IMG/VR virus record: IMGVR_UViG_2718217714_000003
Coordinates: 1 to 15,400 of that record
From: a virus
Taxonomy: Duplodnaviria; Heunggongvirae; Uroviricota; Caudoviricetes
DNA: 15,400 bases
Strand: one strand, 5' to 3'
Shown: one piece after another, positions 1 through 9,021 of the stretch
Layout: each line of letters begins with the position of its first letter
Position numbering within the stretch: the first letter of the stretch is position 1
The notes under the pieces: model-generated
Database searches by the model: none
What the model was told of the DNA's origin: nothing
Seen by the model: only the letters and a program-made list of their open reading frames with translations
Position numbers and translations under genes: made by a program

Positions 1-316
1 TATAATAAACTTACTTTTTTATCATTTTTCCACTTTAACAACATTTTGCTCCACTTTTCCACGATCAAACAACTTGAAATCTGGTTAAAATAACACGCAA
101 CACTATTCTTCTTCCTTGAGTCCGCCCGGAACTCGAAAAACAAACCGAGTTAAAGTCATTTTTCACAAAATCGATTTTGGGTCTCACCAAAATTACGGGG
201 TTGCATACGCATTCGTTTATTTTCGAACGTGTACATACAAATATGCACAAAAATAATCAAAATTATTTTCTGAGATGCATTATGATATGAACACCAATTT
301 CGTATAGAGTCTCACT

Positions 317-907
317 ATGTCTCGAATTTTTGCTTACTGTCGGATATCAACGCTGGATCAGACCATCGAAAATCAACGCCGGGAAATCGAAAGTGCAGGT
401 TTTAAAATCAAACCTCAGCAAATAATCGAAGAACACATTAGCGGCTCAGCAGCAACCAGTGAGCGTCCTGGTTTTAACCGGTTGCTTGCTCGCCTGAAAT
501 GTGGTGATCAATTGATTGTGACAAAACTGGATCGCCTTGGTTGTAATGCAATGGATATCAGGAAAACAGTGGAACAACTGACCGAAACAGGTATCAGAGT
601 GCATTGCTTAGCATTGGGGGGCATTGACCTGACCAGTCCAACAGGAAAAATGATGATGCACGTAATTTCAGCAGTCGCTGAATTTGAACGAGACCTTTTA
701 CTTGAACGCACTCATTCCGGGATAGTAAGAGCCCGCGGCGCAGGGAAACGTTTTGGTCGACCACCTGTGTTAAATGAAGAACAGAAACAGGTGGTATTCG
801 AACGAATTAAGTCAGGTGTAAGTATAAGTGCCATTGCCCGGGAATTCAAAACCTCGCGGCAAACCATTTTAAGAGCCAAAGCAAAACTTCAGACACCTGA
901 CATATAA
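317..907 (+). CDS. pinR: Serine recombinase / DNA invertase, Pin family (196 aa)
   Basis: ATG at 317; N-terminal resolvase catalytic region (YCRISTLDQ, active-site Ser context) and C-terminal HTH; recalled as near-identical to K-12 PinR/PinQ; convergent with tfa as in Rac/Qin. Confidence 0.9.
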   Translation: MSRIFAYCRISTLDQTIENQRREIESAGFKIKPQQIIEEHISGSAATSERPGFNRLLARLKCGDQLIVTKLDRLGCNAMDIRKTVEQLTETGIRVHCLALGGIDLTSPTGKMMMHVISAVAEFERDLLLERTHSGIVRARGAGKRFGRPPVLNEEQKQVVFERIKSGVSISAIAREFKTSRQTILRAKAKLQTPDI

Positions 908-1004
908 AAAATAATCTCGGTGTGAGATGCTTTACGTCTTCCAAGCCCCCTTCCTTGCCGTAAATGGAAAGATACATCTAATTATAGAATTTATATGTTT
1001 TACC

Positions 1005-1580
1005 CTACGGCAGTGCTGGCCATTCAATATCCTGTGCAGTTGACGTATCAACACGGTTCAGCAACACCCGATACTTTTTCCAGGCTTCCAGCAATGAGGT
1101 TTCTTCCTCCGTTGCGATTTCCAGATCTACAGCATCCTGAAGTGGCGCAATATGCTCACTGGCTACCTGCATCAGGCTGTTTTTTGTTTCTTCCGCCTCT
1201 CGGATCCGGAACAGTTTTTCTGCTTCTGCATCTTTCACCCAGGCTGTGCCGTTCCACTTCTGAAACTCCCCTTCCGGCGATAACCAGGTAACATTTTCCG
1301 GTAACGGACCGAGTTCAGAAATAAATAACGCGTCCCCTGACGCTACGTCATAAACCGTTTTACCCCGATGGTCTTCAACGAGATGCCACGATGCCTTATC
1401 ACTGTTGAAAACAGCCACAAAGCCAGCAGGAATATCTGGTGGTGCAATATCGGTACTGTTTGCTGGCAGACCTGTATGAGGCGGAATATATGCGTCACCT
1501 TCACCAATAAATTCATTAGTTCCGGCCAGCAGATTATAAATTTTTATGGTCCGTGGTTGTTCACTCATTCTGAATGCCAT
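1005..1580 (-). CDS. tfa: Tail fibre assembly protein Tfa (191 aa)
   Basis: Protein begins [24 protein letters not shown], matching lambda Tfa/TfaR as recalled; ATG at 1580 overlaps the stf stop (TAATG) indicating translational coupling. Confidence 0.9.
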   Translation of the reverse strand: MAFRMSEQPRTIKIYNLLAGTNEFIGEGDAYIPPHTGLPANSTDIAPPDIPAGFVAVFNSDKASWHLVEDHRGKTVYDVASGDALFISELGPLPENVTWLSPEGEFQKWNGTAWVKDAEAEKLFRIREAEETKNSLMQVASEHIAPLQDAVDLEIATEEETSLLEAWKKYRVLLNRVDTSTAQDIEWPALP

Positions 1581-2545
1581 TATGCAAGCCTCACAATATA
1601 GTTAAATGCGATGTTTTTGACGGTGTTTTCCGCGTTACCAGCAGCGTTAACGGTGATGGTGTGTCCATGTGAACCAATCGCAACGGAGTGCGTATGAGCA
1701 CCAATACCGACAGTATGCGCGTGTGCACCTGCAGATGCTGCTGTGCCGGACAGTGAATGGCTATGATTACCATCTGTACTGGTATTCGCTAACCACCCCG
1801 TAGACATACCTACTGAGCCTTGTACACCCCAGGTATTTTGACCTGAGCTTGTATAACCATATTGATAAGTATCTTTAAAAACACTGGGGTTAAATCGACG
1901 GCCATCTCTATGGCTGTGATTACCAGCTGCATTCGTGCTGCCACTTAAACTATGGGTATGCGCACCAGTGTTATTCGTGGATTTAGTGCCGTAATCAAAC
2001 GACGATGTGGTTTTCGTCCCCAAATCCGTACTGGATGCGCTGGCGCTGTGGGTATGCGATTTAATGCCGTCCTGTTCCTGAGACAATACGGCCCGACCAC
2101 TGGCAGGTTTGCCCTTAATCGTCCAGCCACGCATATCAGGGATCACGCCTGACGGATAAGCGGCTGCAAGTTTCGGGTATGCAGATTTGTCAAAAGTCTG
2201 CCCCTGCATCAGGGCATAGCCAGACGGAACGGTATCTGATGGCCACGGGATTGGTGCGCCAGGCGGATAAAACTGCTCTGATGGCGTATAGAGTGAATAA
2301 ACTGTACCGTCCGTTAACCCTTCCGGCTTATTAGCAGAATATGCTGGTGACGTATGAATCGTCACGCTGGCATTACTGGTATAATCCCATTGAATATTTA
2401 CACCAGTCGCATAATTTCCGATTGCAACGTAAATATCGTAAGTATCACCAGATGTATTGACCCAGGCAAAATTTGTAAACCCTGTCGATGTGCGCTGCCA
2501 TAAAGCACCAGTACATGCTGCACGGCGGTGATGGCATACGTGCCG
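1580..2545 (-). pseudogene. stf: Side tail fibre protein Stf, C-terminal fragment only (frame open 2545->1580; first possible start is GTG at 2365)
   Basis: His-rich C-terminus (HSHS/AHTHS repeats, ending [14 protein letters not shown]) typical of lambda/Rac Stf; reading frame opens just after a TGA at 2546-2548 and has no N-terminal anchor domain; out of frame with upstream J. Confidence 0.6.
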
Positions 2546-4287
2546 TCATCGTTCTCACGGATACTCACGCAGCGGAACAGGCGCTGGCGCAGCGTCGGCA
2601 GCTTCAGCCCCCACACGCTGTATCCGGCAACGCCGTCAGGAACACGGCTCACTTTTACCTTCACGCCGTCGGTGACGGACTGGACCTCCACGCTGACCGG
2701 ATTGCCACTTCCGTCAACCAGGCTTATCAGCGTGGTACCGGAGGATGGCAGCGTGATTTCACGGTCGAGCGTCAGCGTCCGGGTCTGGCTGTTCACCGCC
2801 AGCACGCGCCCGCCGATGCTGATACCCGCATAGTCATCATCGCAGATTTCAATGACATCCCCCGGTACATGGCGAAGCCCTTCCGCACCCACGCTGAAGT
2901 CCACGGTCTGCGTTTCCAGCAGTTCCGTTTTAATCAGCCACAGCCCGGCGCGGTGCGCCTGCCCCCGGCTGGTACAGCCAAAGGCATCCATCTTCGTGAC
3001 GTTACGACCGTAACGGGCAATGGCCTGCGTGTCCTCCACAAGCTCTGTCGCCGTCTCCCAGCCGTTATCCGGGTCAATCCAGTTCACCTCAACGGCATTA
3101 TGGCGGTCCTTCAGGGCGCTGAAGCTGTAGCGGAACGGCGCGCCATCATCCGGCATCACCACATTACTGCGGTTATAGGTCCACACCTTATCTGATGGTC
3201 GGTCCTGCACGAACGTCAGCGTCTGCCCGTTCCATACCGGCATACAGCGCATCGCCGAGCAGAAATCACTGAGAACATCCCACGCCTTACGCTGTGTGGT
3301 CAGCCAGGCATTACAGGTGATGCGCGGCTCCGTGCCGCCAAAACCGTCCGGCACCGACTGGTCGCAACACTGGCCGATGACATACAGCGCCCATTTATCC
3401 ACATCCGCCGCACCAAGACGTTTCCCCATGCCGTAGCGCGGGTGGGTCAGCATATCCCACAGACACCAGGCCATGTTGTTGCTGTATGCTGGCTTAAACG
3501 TTCCGTCCCAGATACCGCTGTATTGCCGCGTCTGCGGGTTATAGTTCGACGGCACCTGCAGAATACGCCCGCGAAGATGATAATTACGGCTCACCTGCTG
3601 GCTGCCGAACTGCTCCGAATCCACCTGTACGCCGACCAGTGCCGTGTTCGGGTAGCACTGTTTCACATCGATGATTTCGGTGTATGACGACCAGAGCGTT
3701 TTGTTCTGCAGCTGGTCTGTGGTGCTGTCCGGCGTCATCCTGCGCATCCGTATATTGAACGGGCGCGGCGGCAGGTTACCCACCACCACCGAGGCCAGAT
3801 ACTGCGAGGTGGTTTTGCCCTTAATGGTGATGTCTTTTTCCGTCACCCAGCCACCATTACGCTGGATCTGAACCAGCAGGCGGACTTCCGACGGATTCCG
3901 GTCCCCCTTTGAGGTGGTTTCCACCAGTGCCTGCACGCCGAAGGTAAAGCGCAGACGGTCGATGTTTGCAGACGTAATGGTGCGGGTGATCGGCGTGTCA
4001 TATTTCACTTCCGTACCCAGCACCGTCTCGGAGCCGGAGGATTCAAACCCCTCCGGCGGTGTCTGCTCCTGCTCACCGGCACGGAACACCACCGTGACAC
4101 CGGAGATGTTGGTATTCCCCTCAGTGTCCAGCACCGGCGTACTGTTCAGCAGCACGCTTTTTAATCCATCCACCGGACCTTCAACCGGCCCTTCGCTGAT
4201 GGCATCGATCACACTCAGCAGCTGCGTGGACTTCAGGTTGTCCTTCGCTTCGCGCGGGGTATGCCCCTTACTGCTGCCTTTACCCAT
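2398..4287 (-). pseudogene. J: Tail tip/host-specificity protein J, N-terminal ~578 codons followed by a 51-codon out-of-frame tail (truncated)
   Basis: Starts MGKGSSKGHTPREAKDNLKSTQLL and tracks lambda J (1132 aa) as recalled up to about ...YAITAVQHV, then diverges into unrelated sequence and stops at 2398; C-terminal receptor-binding part absent. Confidence 0.75.
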
Positions 4288-4347
4288 TCCTCACGCTCCA
4301 TAAATGACAAAACCGCCCGCAGGCGGTTTCACATAAAACATTTTGCA

Positions 4348-4644
4348 TCAGCGACCAATCACCACAACCTGACCACCGTCCCCTTCGTCTGCCGTGCTGA
4401 TCTCCTGAGAAACCACGCGAGACCCCACGCGCATTTCCCCGTACAGAACAGGCAGAACATTGCCCTGGGCAACCATGTTATCCAGTGAGGAGAAATAGGT
4501 GTTCTGCTTACCGTTACCCAGCACACCTATTGCTGCCCACTGTGAGGGCGTGACTTTATCGAGCAGCTGTAAAAACCAGTAACCGGCACTACCTGCTGAG
4601 GTGCCATAGGCGACACCCGTTGTTAACTTATCCATGGATTTCAT
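4348..4644 (-). pseudogene. Chimeric ORF: phage-21-type pinholin N-terminus (43 aa, dual-start MKSMDK motif) fused in frame to the C-terminal 55 aa of tail assembly protein I; deletion scar
   Basis: [43 protein letters not shown] resembles S21/EssD pinholin; following [30 protein letters not shown]...VVVIGR matches the lambda I C-terminus; SD GAGGTGGGG precedes the ATG at 4644; the 60-nt gap to the J start matches the lambda I-J spacing. Confidence 0.6.
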
Positions 4645-5233
4645 AACCCCACCTCGCAGACAAAGCGGGTGTAAATTGAGGGAATACAACGTATCGCAAA
4701 AAAGCAGAAACGTAACAGACTCGGAGTCAGTGAATAACTCAGGTATTGAGTTATCAGCTAATATCGAGACTCAAAAAATGGAAAAACCAGCTCGACGGCG
4801 GGTTTAAGCTGTGTGACGAAGTAACCACTCTTAACAGCATAACCAATTTTTTACGTACGTAAACCACTGAATGATATTTATGAGAATGCTACCGAGTGTT
4901 CAAAACACCACCACAAATACATAAGAAAATCTCAACAAATAACCAACAAATAATTTCCAGCGTTATTTTTAGCCAATTTAAATTGAACCTTCAAATCATA
5001 GAGCACTTATAAATAACAACCGTTAATATAAATTGGCTAATAGATTTATTTTTATTCAGCCAAGAGCCATGAATAGGATTCGATAGAAAAAAGTTCAGAT
5101 AAAAATAGAGATCTACTTCACAAATCAAACGAGAAACCAAAACTTACATCTTGAAATAATCATATTGATTAGATGAATATTTATCGCGCAGTGACATCAT
5201 TTTTTAATAATAGTTCAAAAAAAAGGGCTCACG

Positions 5234-6331
5234 ATGAAAAAATTAACAGTGGCAATTTCTGCTGTAGCTGCATCAGTACTGATGGCGATGTCTGCTCAGG
5301 CAGCTGAAATTTATAATAAAGACAGTAACAAGCTGGATCTGTACGGGAAAGTTAATGCTAAGCACTACTTCTCCTCTAATGATGCAGATGATGGTGATAC
5401 TACTTATGCCCGTCTTGGCTTCAAAGGTGAAACCCAAATCAACGATCAACTGACTGGTTTCGGTCAGTGGGAATATGAATTCAAAGGCAACCGCGCTGAA
5501 TCTCAAGGTTCCTCCAAAGATAAAACCCGTCTTGCCTTCGCTGGCCTGAAATTCGGTGACTACGGCTCCATCGATTACGGCCGTAACTACGGTGTAGCAT
5601 ACGACATCGGTGCGTGGACTGACGTTCTGCCAGAATTCGGTGGCGATACCTGGACCCAAACAGATGTGTTCATGACTGGTCGCACCACTGGTGTTGCAAC
5701 CTATCGTAACAACGACTTCTTTGGCCTGGTTGATGGTCTGAACTTTGCTGCTCAGTACCAAGGCAAAAACGATCGTAGCGATTTCGATAACTACACCGAA
5801 GGTAACGGTGATGGCTTCGGTTTCTCTGCTACCTATGAATACGAAGGATTCGGTATCGGTGCAACTTATGCGAAATCTGATCGTACCGACACTCAAGTTA
5901 ATGCAGGGAAAGTTCTTCCTGAAGTATTTGCTTCCGGTAAAAATGCAGAAGTTTGGGCCGCAGGTCTGAAATATGACGCTAACAACATTTACCTGGCCAC
6001 TACCTATTCTGAAACCCAGAATATGACTGTATTTGCTGATCACTTCGTTGCTAATAAAGCTCAAAACTTCGAAGCTGTTGCACAATATCAGTTCGATTTC
6101 GGTCTGCGTCCGTCCGTTGCTTACCTGCAATCTAAAGGTAAGGATCTTGGAGTATGGGGCGATCAGGACTTAGTCAAATATGTTGATGTAGGTGCCACCT
6201 ATTACTTCAACAAAAATATGTCAACTTTCGTTGATTACAAAATCAACCTGCTTGACAAAAATGACTTCACTAAAGCACTCGGTGTAAGCACTGATGACAT
6301 CGTTGCTGTAGGTCTGGTTTACCAGTTCTAA
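5234..6331 (+). CDS. nmpC: Outer-membrane general porin NmpC (OmpC/OmpD family), 365 aa, apparently intact
   Basis: Signal peptide [23 protein letters not shown] then [16 protein letters not shown]; C-terminal ...VAVGLVYQF beta-barrel terminus; SD AAGGG upstream; position after Q on the opposite strand as in DLP12. Confidence 0.9.
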   Translation: MKKLTVAISAVAASVLMAMSAQAAEIYNKDSNKLDLYGKVNAKHYFSSNDADDGDTTYARLGFKGETQINDQLTGFGQWEYEFKGNRAESQGSSKDKTRLAFAGLKFGDYGSIDYGRNYGVAYDIGAWTDVLPEFGGDTWTQTDVFMTGRTTGVATYRNNDFFGLVDGLNFAAQYQGKNDRSDFDNYTEGNGDGFGFSATYEYEGFGIGATYAKSDRTDTQVNAGKVLPEVFASGKNAEVWAAGLKYDANNIYLATTYSETQNMTVFADHFVANKAQNFEAVAQYQFDFGLRPSVAYLQSKGKDLGVWGDQDLVKYVDVGATYYFNKNMSTFVDYKINLLDKNDFTKALGVSTDDIVAVGLVYQF

Positions 6332-6468
6332 TCTGATTACGAAAAAGATATGTTGCGGGAGGCTTTGCCTCCCCAACATATAAGTGGCTCCCTCAAGCCA
6401 CTTCCTTTAGGAGCACAACCTTGCTTCTAACTATATAAACCTTCTGTTATATATTACCCTTTATTTTT

Positions 6469-6495
6469 GGGGGCGTCTCGACGCCCCATTTTTAA
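6469..6495 (+). terminator. Rho-independent terminator downstream of nmpC
   Basis: GGGGGCGT-CTCG-ACGCCCC hairpin followed by ATTTTTAATAATTTTT. Confidence 0.55.
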
Positions 6496-6520
6496 TAATT
6501 TTTAGTAAACAATTGGCATA

Positions 6521-6904
6521 TTAATTAGAGTTATTAACAACGATATCCATCTCTAACCGGATATCTAATGCCATTAACATCCCTTCAATTATACCCTCAG
6601 CCTTCTGTAACCTTTTCCCGATATAACCATCAGAGCAGCAATGCTTACCTGCCAGTGACATGAATGTCATACCGACTACATAATAATCTACTAATAAATC
6701 GTGCAAATCGCTGTTGTTCTTTTTCAGACGGGCCATGCACCCGCAAATGATCATCGCGTCATCGTCACAACATTGCGGGCGAGATTTTACTTTTGAAGGA
6801 ATTAATCCCTTAAAACCGGCAGCAATGGATGACCAAGTTACATCCTCGTGGTTATTAGCCGCCCATGCCCCCCAACGCTCAAGAACCATCTGAATATCAC
6901 GCAT
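6521..6904 (-). CDS. quuD: Late-gene antiterminator Q (phage 82 / DLP12 QuuD type), 127 aa
   Basis: [26 protein letters not shown]... with Cys-rich zinc-binding region ([17 protein letters not shown]); ATG at 6904 chosen over the upstream TTG start in the ORF track. Confidence 0.85.
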   Translation of the reverse strand: MRDIQMVLERWGAWAANNHEDVTWSSIAAGFKGLIPSKVKSRPQCCDDDAMIICGCMARLKKNNSDLHDLLVDYYVVGMTFMSLAGKHCCSDGYIGKRLQKAEGIIEGMLMALDIRLEMDIVVNNSN

Positions 6905-6927
6905 CAACTTTCCCCACAAAAATCAGG

Positions 6928-7026
6928 CTAGCACGCCAATTGCCAGCAAAAATCAATAAAACGATATAAGCGCAGGCGCGCCCAGCGGCGGCGAAGACGT
7001 TCTGCCATATAAGACTCAAACATCAT
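6928..7026 (-). CDS. ylcG: Small nin-region ORF, YlcG-like (32 aa)
   Basis: [23 protein letters not shown]...; ATG overlaps the rusA stop (ATGA); position between rusA and Q as in DLP12. Confidence 0.45.
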   Translation of the reverse strand: MMFESYMAERLRRRWARLRLYRFIDFCWQLAC

Positions 7027-7385
7027 TCATCTCCCAGTTCAGTGATGGTCAGTTCCAGCTTCCCACCTTTGGTAACAGGCATCTTCACAACGCGGTAATC
7101 AACGACCTGAACATCATCCAGCCAGAAACCTGCTTTGGTAAGTGCGTCAAAAGCAGCTTTTTGCAGATTATCCAGGTCACGGCGACGGCGATCCGGCATG
7201 TGACACTCAATGCGGATTTTCACAGGAATAGCCAGGCCGATATCCAGCATTGCGTTTTTAATGATTCGGGCGACGTTATCGCGGTATGCCTGCCCCTCTG
7301 CGCTGATGTGCGTGCGCCCGCGATTATGGCGGTAATAGCGATTATTGCTCGGAGGCCAGGGTAATGTGATGTGGTAAGTATTCAC
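7023..7385 (-). CDS. rusA: Holliday-junction resolvase RusA (120 aa, GTG start)
   Basis: ...[25 protein letters not shown]...[27 protein letters not shown]; GTG at 7385 overlaps the ybcO stop (GTGA). Confidence 0.9.
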   Translation of the reverse strand: MNTYHITLPWPPSNNRYYRHNRGRTHISAEGQAYRDNVARIIKNAMLDIGLAIPVKIRIECHMPDRRRRDLDNLQKAAFDALTKAGFWLDDVQVVDYRVVKMPVTKGGKLELTITELGDE

Positions 7386-7672
7386 GCCTTGATTACCCCC
7401 TCTTTCAGCCAGATAACCTGCGTTCTCGCCATACCTTCCAGCGCGCATTCTTTTGCGTACTCAGCATCGACAAAATGCGTGCGGCGATCGATTTCGTCGT
7501 GGCAGGCAGAACATGCAATGGTGGCAATCAGGTCTGGCGGTTTAATACCGGTGCCGCACAATCCAGCCAGCCGGATATATGCCAGTACAGACGTTTCAGG
7601 GTTGCCATTACATACGCCAGGGATTCTTACCTGGCATTCCCGACCACGCGCTGCTTTTCTCAAATCAGCCAT
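7382..7672 (-). CDS. ybcO: DLP12 YbcO-like protein (putative nuclease, DUF1364-type), 96 aa
   Basis: [28 protein letters not shown]...[11 protein letters not shown]; ATG at 7672; ninE stop overlaps its start. Confidence 0.8.
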   Translation of the reverse strand: MADLRKAARGRECQVRIPGVCNGNPETSVLAYIRLAGLCGTGIKPPDLIATIACSACHDEIDRRTHFVDAEYAKECALEGMARTQVIWLKEGVIKA

Positions 7673-7835
7673 GATTCCTCCTTGCTGCCAGTCGCAACCA
7701 TTTTTTATCAACCAGGCTGGCGGTATATCCGAGCAGTGTTGGTATTTCGGATGGCTTCAGCTCAGGTTTACGCTTACGACGATTTGGTACTTTGTAGATG
7801 TGTCCGTTCATGACACGAATAAGCGGTGTAGCCAT
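7665..7835 (-). CDS. ninE: NinE (56 aa)
   Basis: Hand translation of minus strand: [56 protein letters not shown]; ATG overlaps the ybcN stop (TAATG); below the 60-aa ORF-track cutoff. Confidence 0.75.
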   Translation of the reverse strand: MATPLIRVMNGHIYKVPNRRKRKPELKPSEIPTLLGYTASLVDKKWLRLAARRNHG

Positions 7836-8290
7836 TACGCCTCCTGCTTGTCGCGCAGCAGCTGGAACTCGCAGCTCTGCGGAATAGTCAGGTGACAGCC
7901 AATATTCATCGCCCAGGCTTCAACCTTACACAGGAAGACATACATCTCTCCGGTATCAAGATCGGAGGTATGGCGTAACGACTGGATAGTAGTGATTTCG
8001 CCGGTTACGACATCAACCAGGTCCTTGGTTTCATAACCGAGGTATGTGTGTTTGAGAGCATCTTTTACCCATGCTGCGGTAGCGAACGATTTCCCCCTGC
8101 TGATGAGGTATTCACTGATTTCGCTGTACCACATGTGGCTGAGTGCATTCTGGGAAAGACTGCGTCTCTCTCGCCACGGTTTAAGCACCATGCGAAAGCA
8201 TTTGCCTTCCTCCAGATAAGGCTGGATCTGCTGGCCGATAGCGGTGAAGTTGCCGCGATGTAATTTGATGCCGTCTTGTGAGAGGTTCAC
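7835..8290 (-). CDS. ybcN: YbcN (DLP12 base-flipping protein family, NinB position), 151 aa, GTG start
   Basis: [19 protein letters not shown]...[27 protein letters not shown]; GGAGG SD 7 nt upstream of the GTG at 8290. Confidence 0.85.
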   Translation of the reverse strand: MNLSQDGIKLHRGNFTAIGQQIQPYLEEGKCFRMVLKPWRERRSLSQNALSHMWYSEISEYLISRGKSFATAAWVKDALKHTYLGYETKDLVDVVTGEITTIQSLRHTSDLDTGEMYVFLCKVEAWAMNIGCHLTIPQSCEFQLLRDKQEA

Positions 8291-8388
8291 GCTTCACCTC
8301 CGCAGAGGTCAAACGTTAGATGCAAAGAATTGCAGGTGCATTTCTGCATCTGTGACGGGAGAAGTGAGTTTGGATTGTGTGTGCGCAT
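8287..8388 (-). CDS. ylcH: Small ORF, YlcH-like (33 aa)
   Basis: Hand translation [33 protein letters not shown]; stop overlaps the ybcN GTG (GTGA); position upstream of ybcN as in DLP12. Confidence 0.45.
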   Translation of the reverse strand: MRTHNPNSLLPSQMQKCTCNSLHLTFDLCGGEA

Positions 8389-8870
8389 AAACGTCCCCGT
8401 TTAGCGCAGAAGTCACCGGAGTTGTTCAGGCTCCGATGAGATGATTATGGCGGGTTGATTATTGAAAATCAATTTTGTGGATTTAGGCGCAATATGAAGG
8501 ATCATTAGCAGCTCTAATACCGTTCTGAATCGATTGCTCGCACCCTATTGTGAGCCAGGAAATATTTTTGCTCGATGTAAGTCAAGCCGCCGGCTTCACG
8601 TCGCTCAGATACTTGAGGAAGTGGAATGACATTCTGGCAGGCGGTTAGCATCACCTGCTCGCCATAACCAAGCGAGTGTACAAAGTTCGCTGTCGGTGAA
8701 TCACCTTTTTATTAGAGCGCGCTGCACTTCTCATTGAGGATAATTGGTACCCAGTAGACGTATTTTTTCGCTACTGAGTACCTGTGACGATGGCAATCAG
8801 ATCGGCACTACGACAAGTGAAAAAAATCACATTGTATTAAGCATGATTTCATTAAAAACTGGCCAATAGT

Positions 8871-8899
8871 TATTAAAAGACCCCTTGCGGGGTCTTTTA
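8871..8899 (-). terminator. Bidirectional Rho-independent terminator closing the SIR2 cassette
   Basis: AGACCCC-TTGC-GGGGTCT hairpin flanked by T-runs on both strands (TTTT on plus, TTTTAATA on minus). Confidence 0.6.
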
Positions 8900-8901
8900 A
8901 T

Positions 8902-8985
8902 TTATTGTTTTTTAAGCATTTCCTTGATTTTTTTCTTACTTTCTTCAGAAATTCTGCTTTGGTTGTTGATATTTTTCTGCTTCAT
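8902..8985 (-). CDS. Hypothetical 27-aa Lys-rich small ORF immediately downstream of the SIR2 gene
   Basis: Hand translation MKQKNINNQSRISEESKKKIKEMLKKQ; AAGGGG SD about 4 nt upstream of the ATG at 8985; stop abuts the terminator hairpin; no homology support. Confidence 0.2.
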   Translation of the reverse strand: MKQKNINNQSRISEESKKKIKEMLKKQ

Positions 8986-9021
8986 AAGCCCCTTCACTCT
9001 CAGTTAATCACTGTTCAATTA

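Noticed and set aside
65-250. 61-aa minus-strand ORF upstream of pinR
   Set aside because: AT-rich intergenic DNA, no SD, low-complexity product; more likely the pin promoter region than a gene.
2488-4303. Plus-strand ORFs inside the J region (2488..3195, 2528..2833, 3442..3687, 3671..3871, 3914..4303)
   Set aside because: They lie antisense to a well-supported J coding sequence, have no SD or recognisable motifs, and are expected by chance in GC-rich coding DNA.
5273-6130. 285-aa minus-strand ORF antisense to nmpC, and 5745..5969 +
   Set aside because: The porin frame has signal peptide, beta-barrel terminus and SD; the antisense ORF has none and is a known artefact type in porin genes.
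6357-6403. Hairpins after nmpC considered as REP/BIME elements or an sRNA
   Set aside because: They do not match the REP consensus as I recall it and are adequately explained as transcription-termination structures for nmpC; no promoter evident for an independent RNA.
6521-6919. TTG start at 6919 for the Q gene (ORF-track start MWGKL...)
   Set aside because: The ATG at 6904 gives [11 protein letters not shown], matching the expected QuuD N-terminus; the TTG extension is probably not used.
7161-8263. Plus-strand ORFs across the nin region (7161..7364, 7371..7895, 7475..7813, 8048..8263)
   Set aside because: Antisense to the tightly packed, translationally coupled ylcH-ybcN-ninE-ybcO-rusA-ylcG operon; no independent support.
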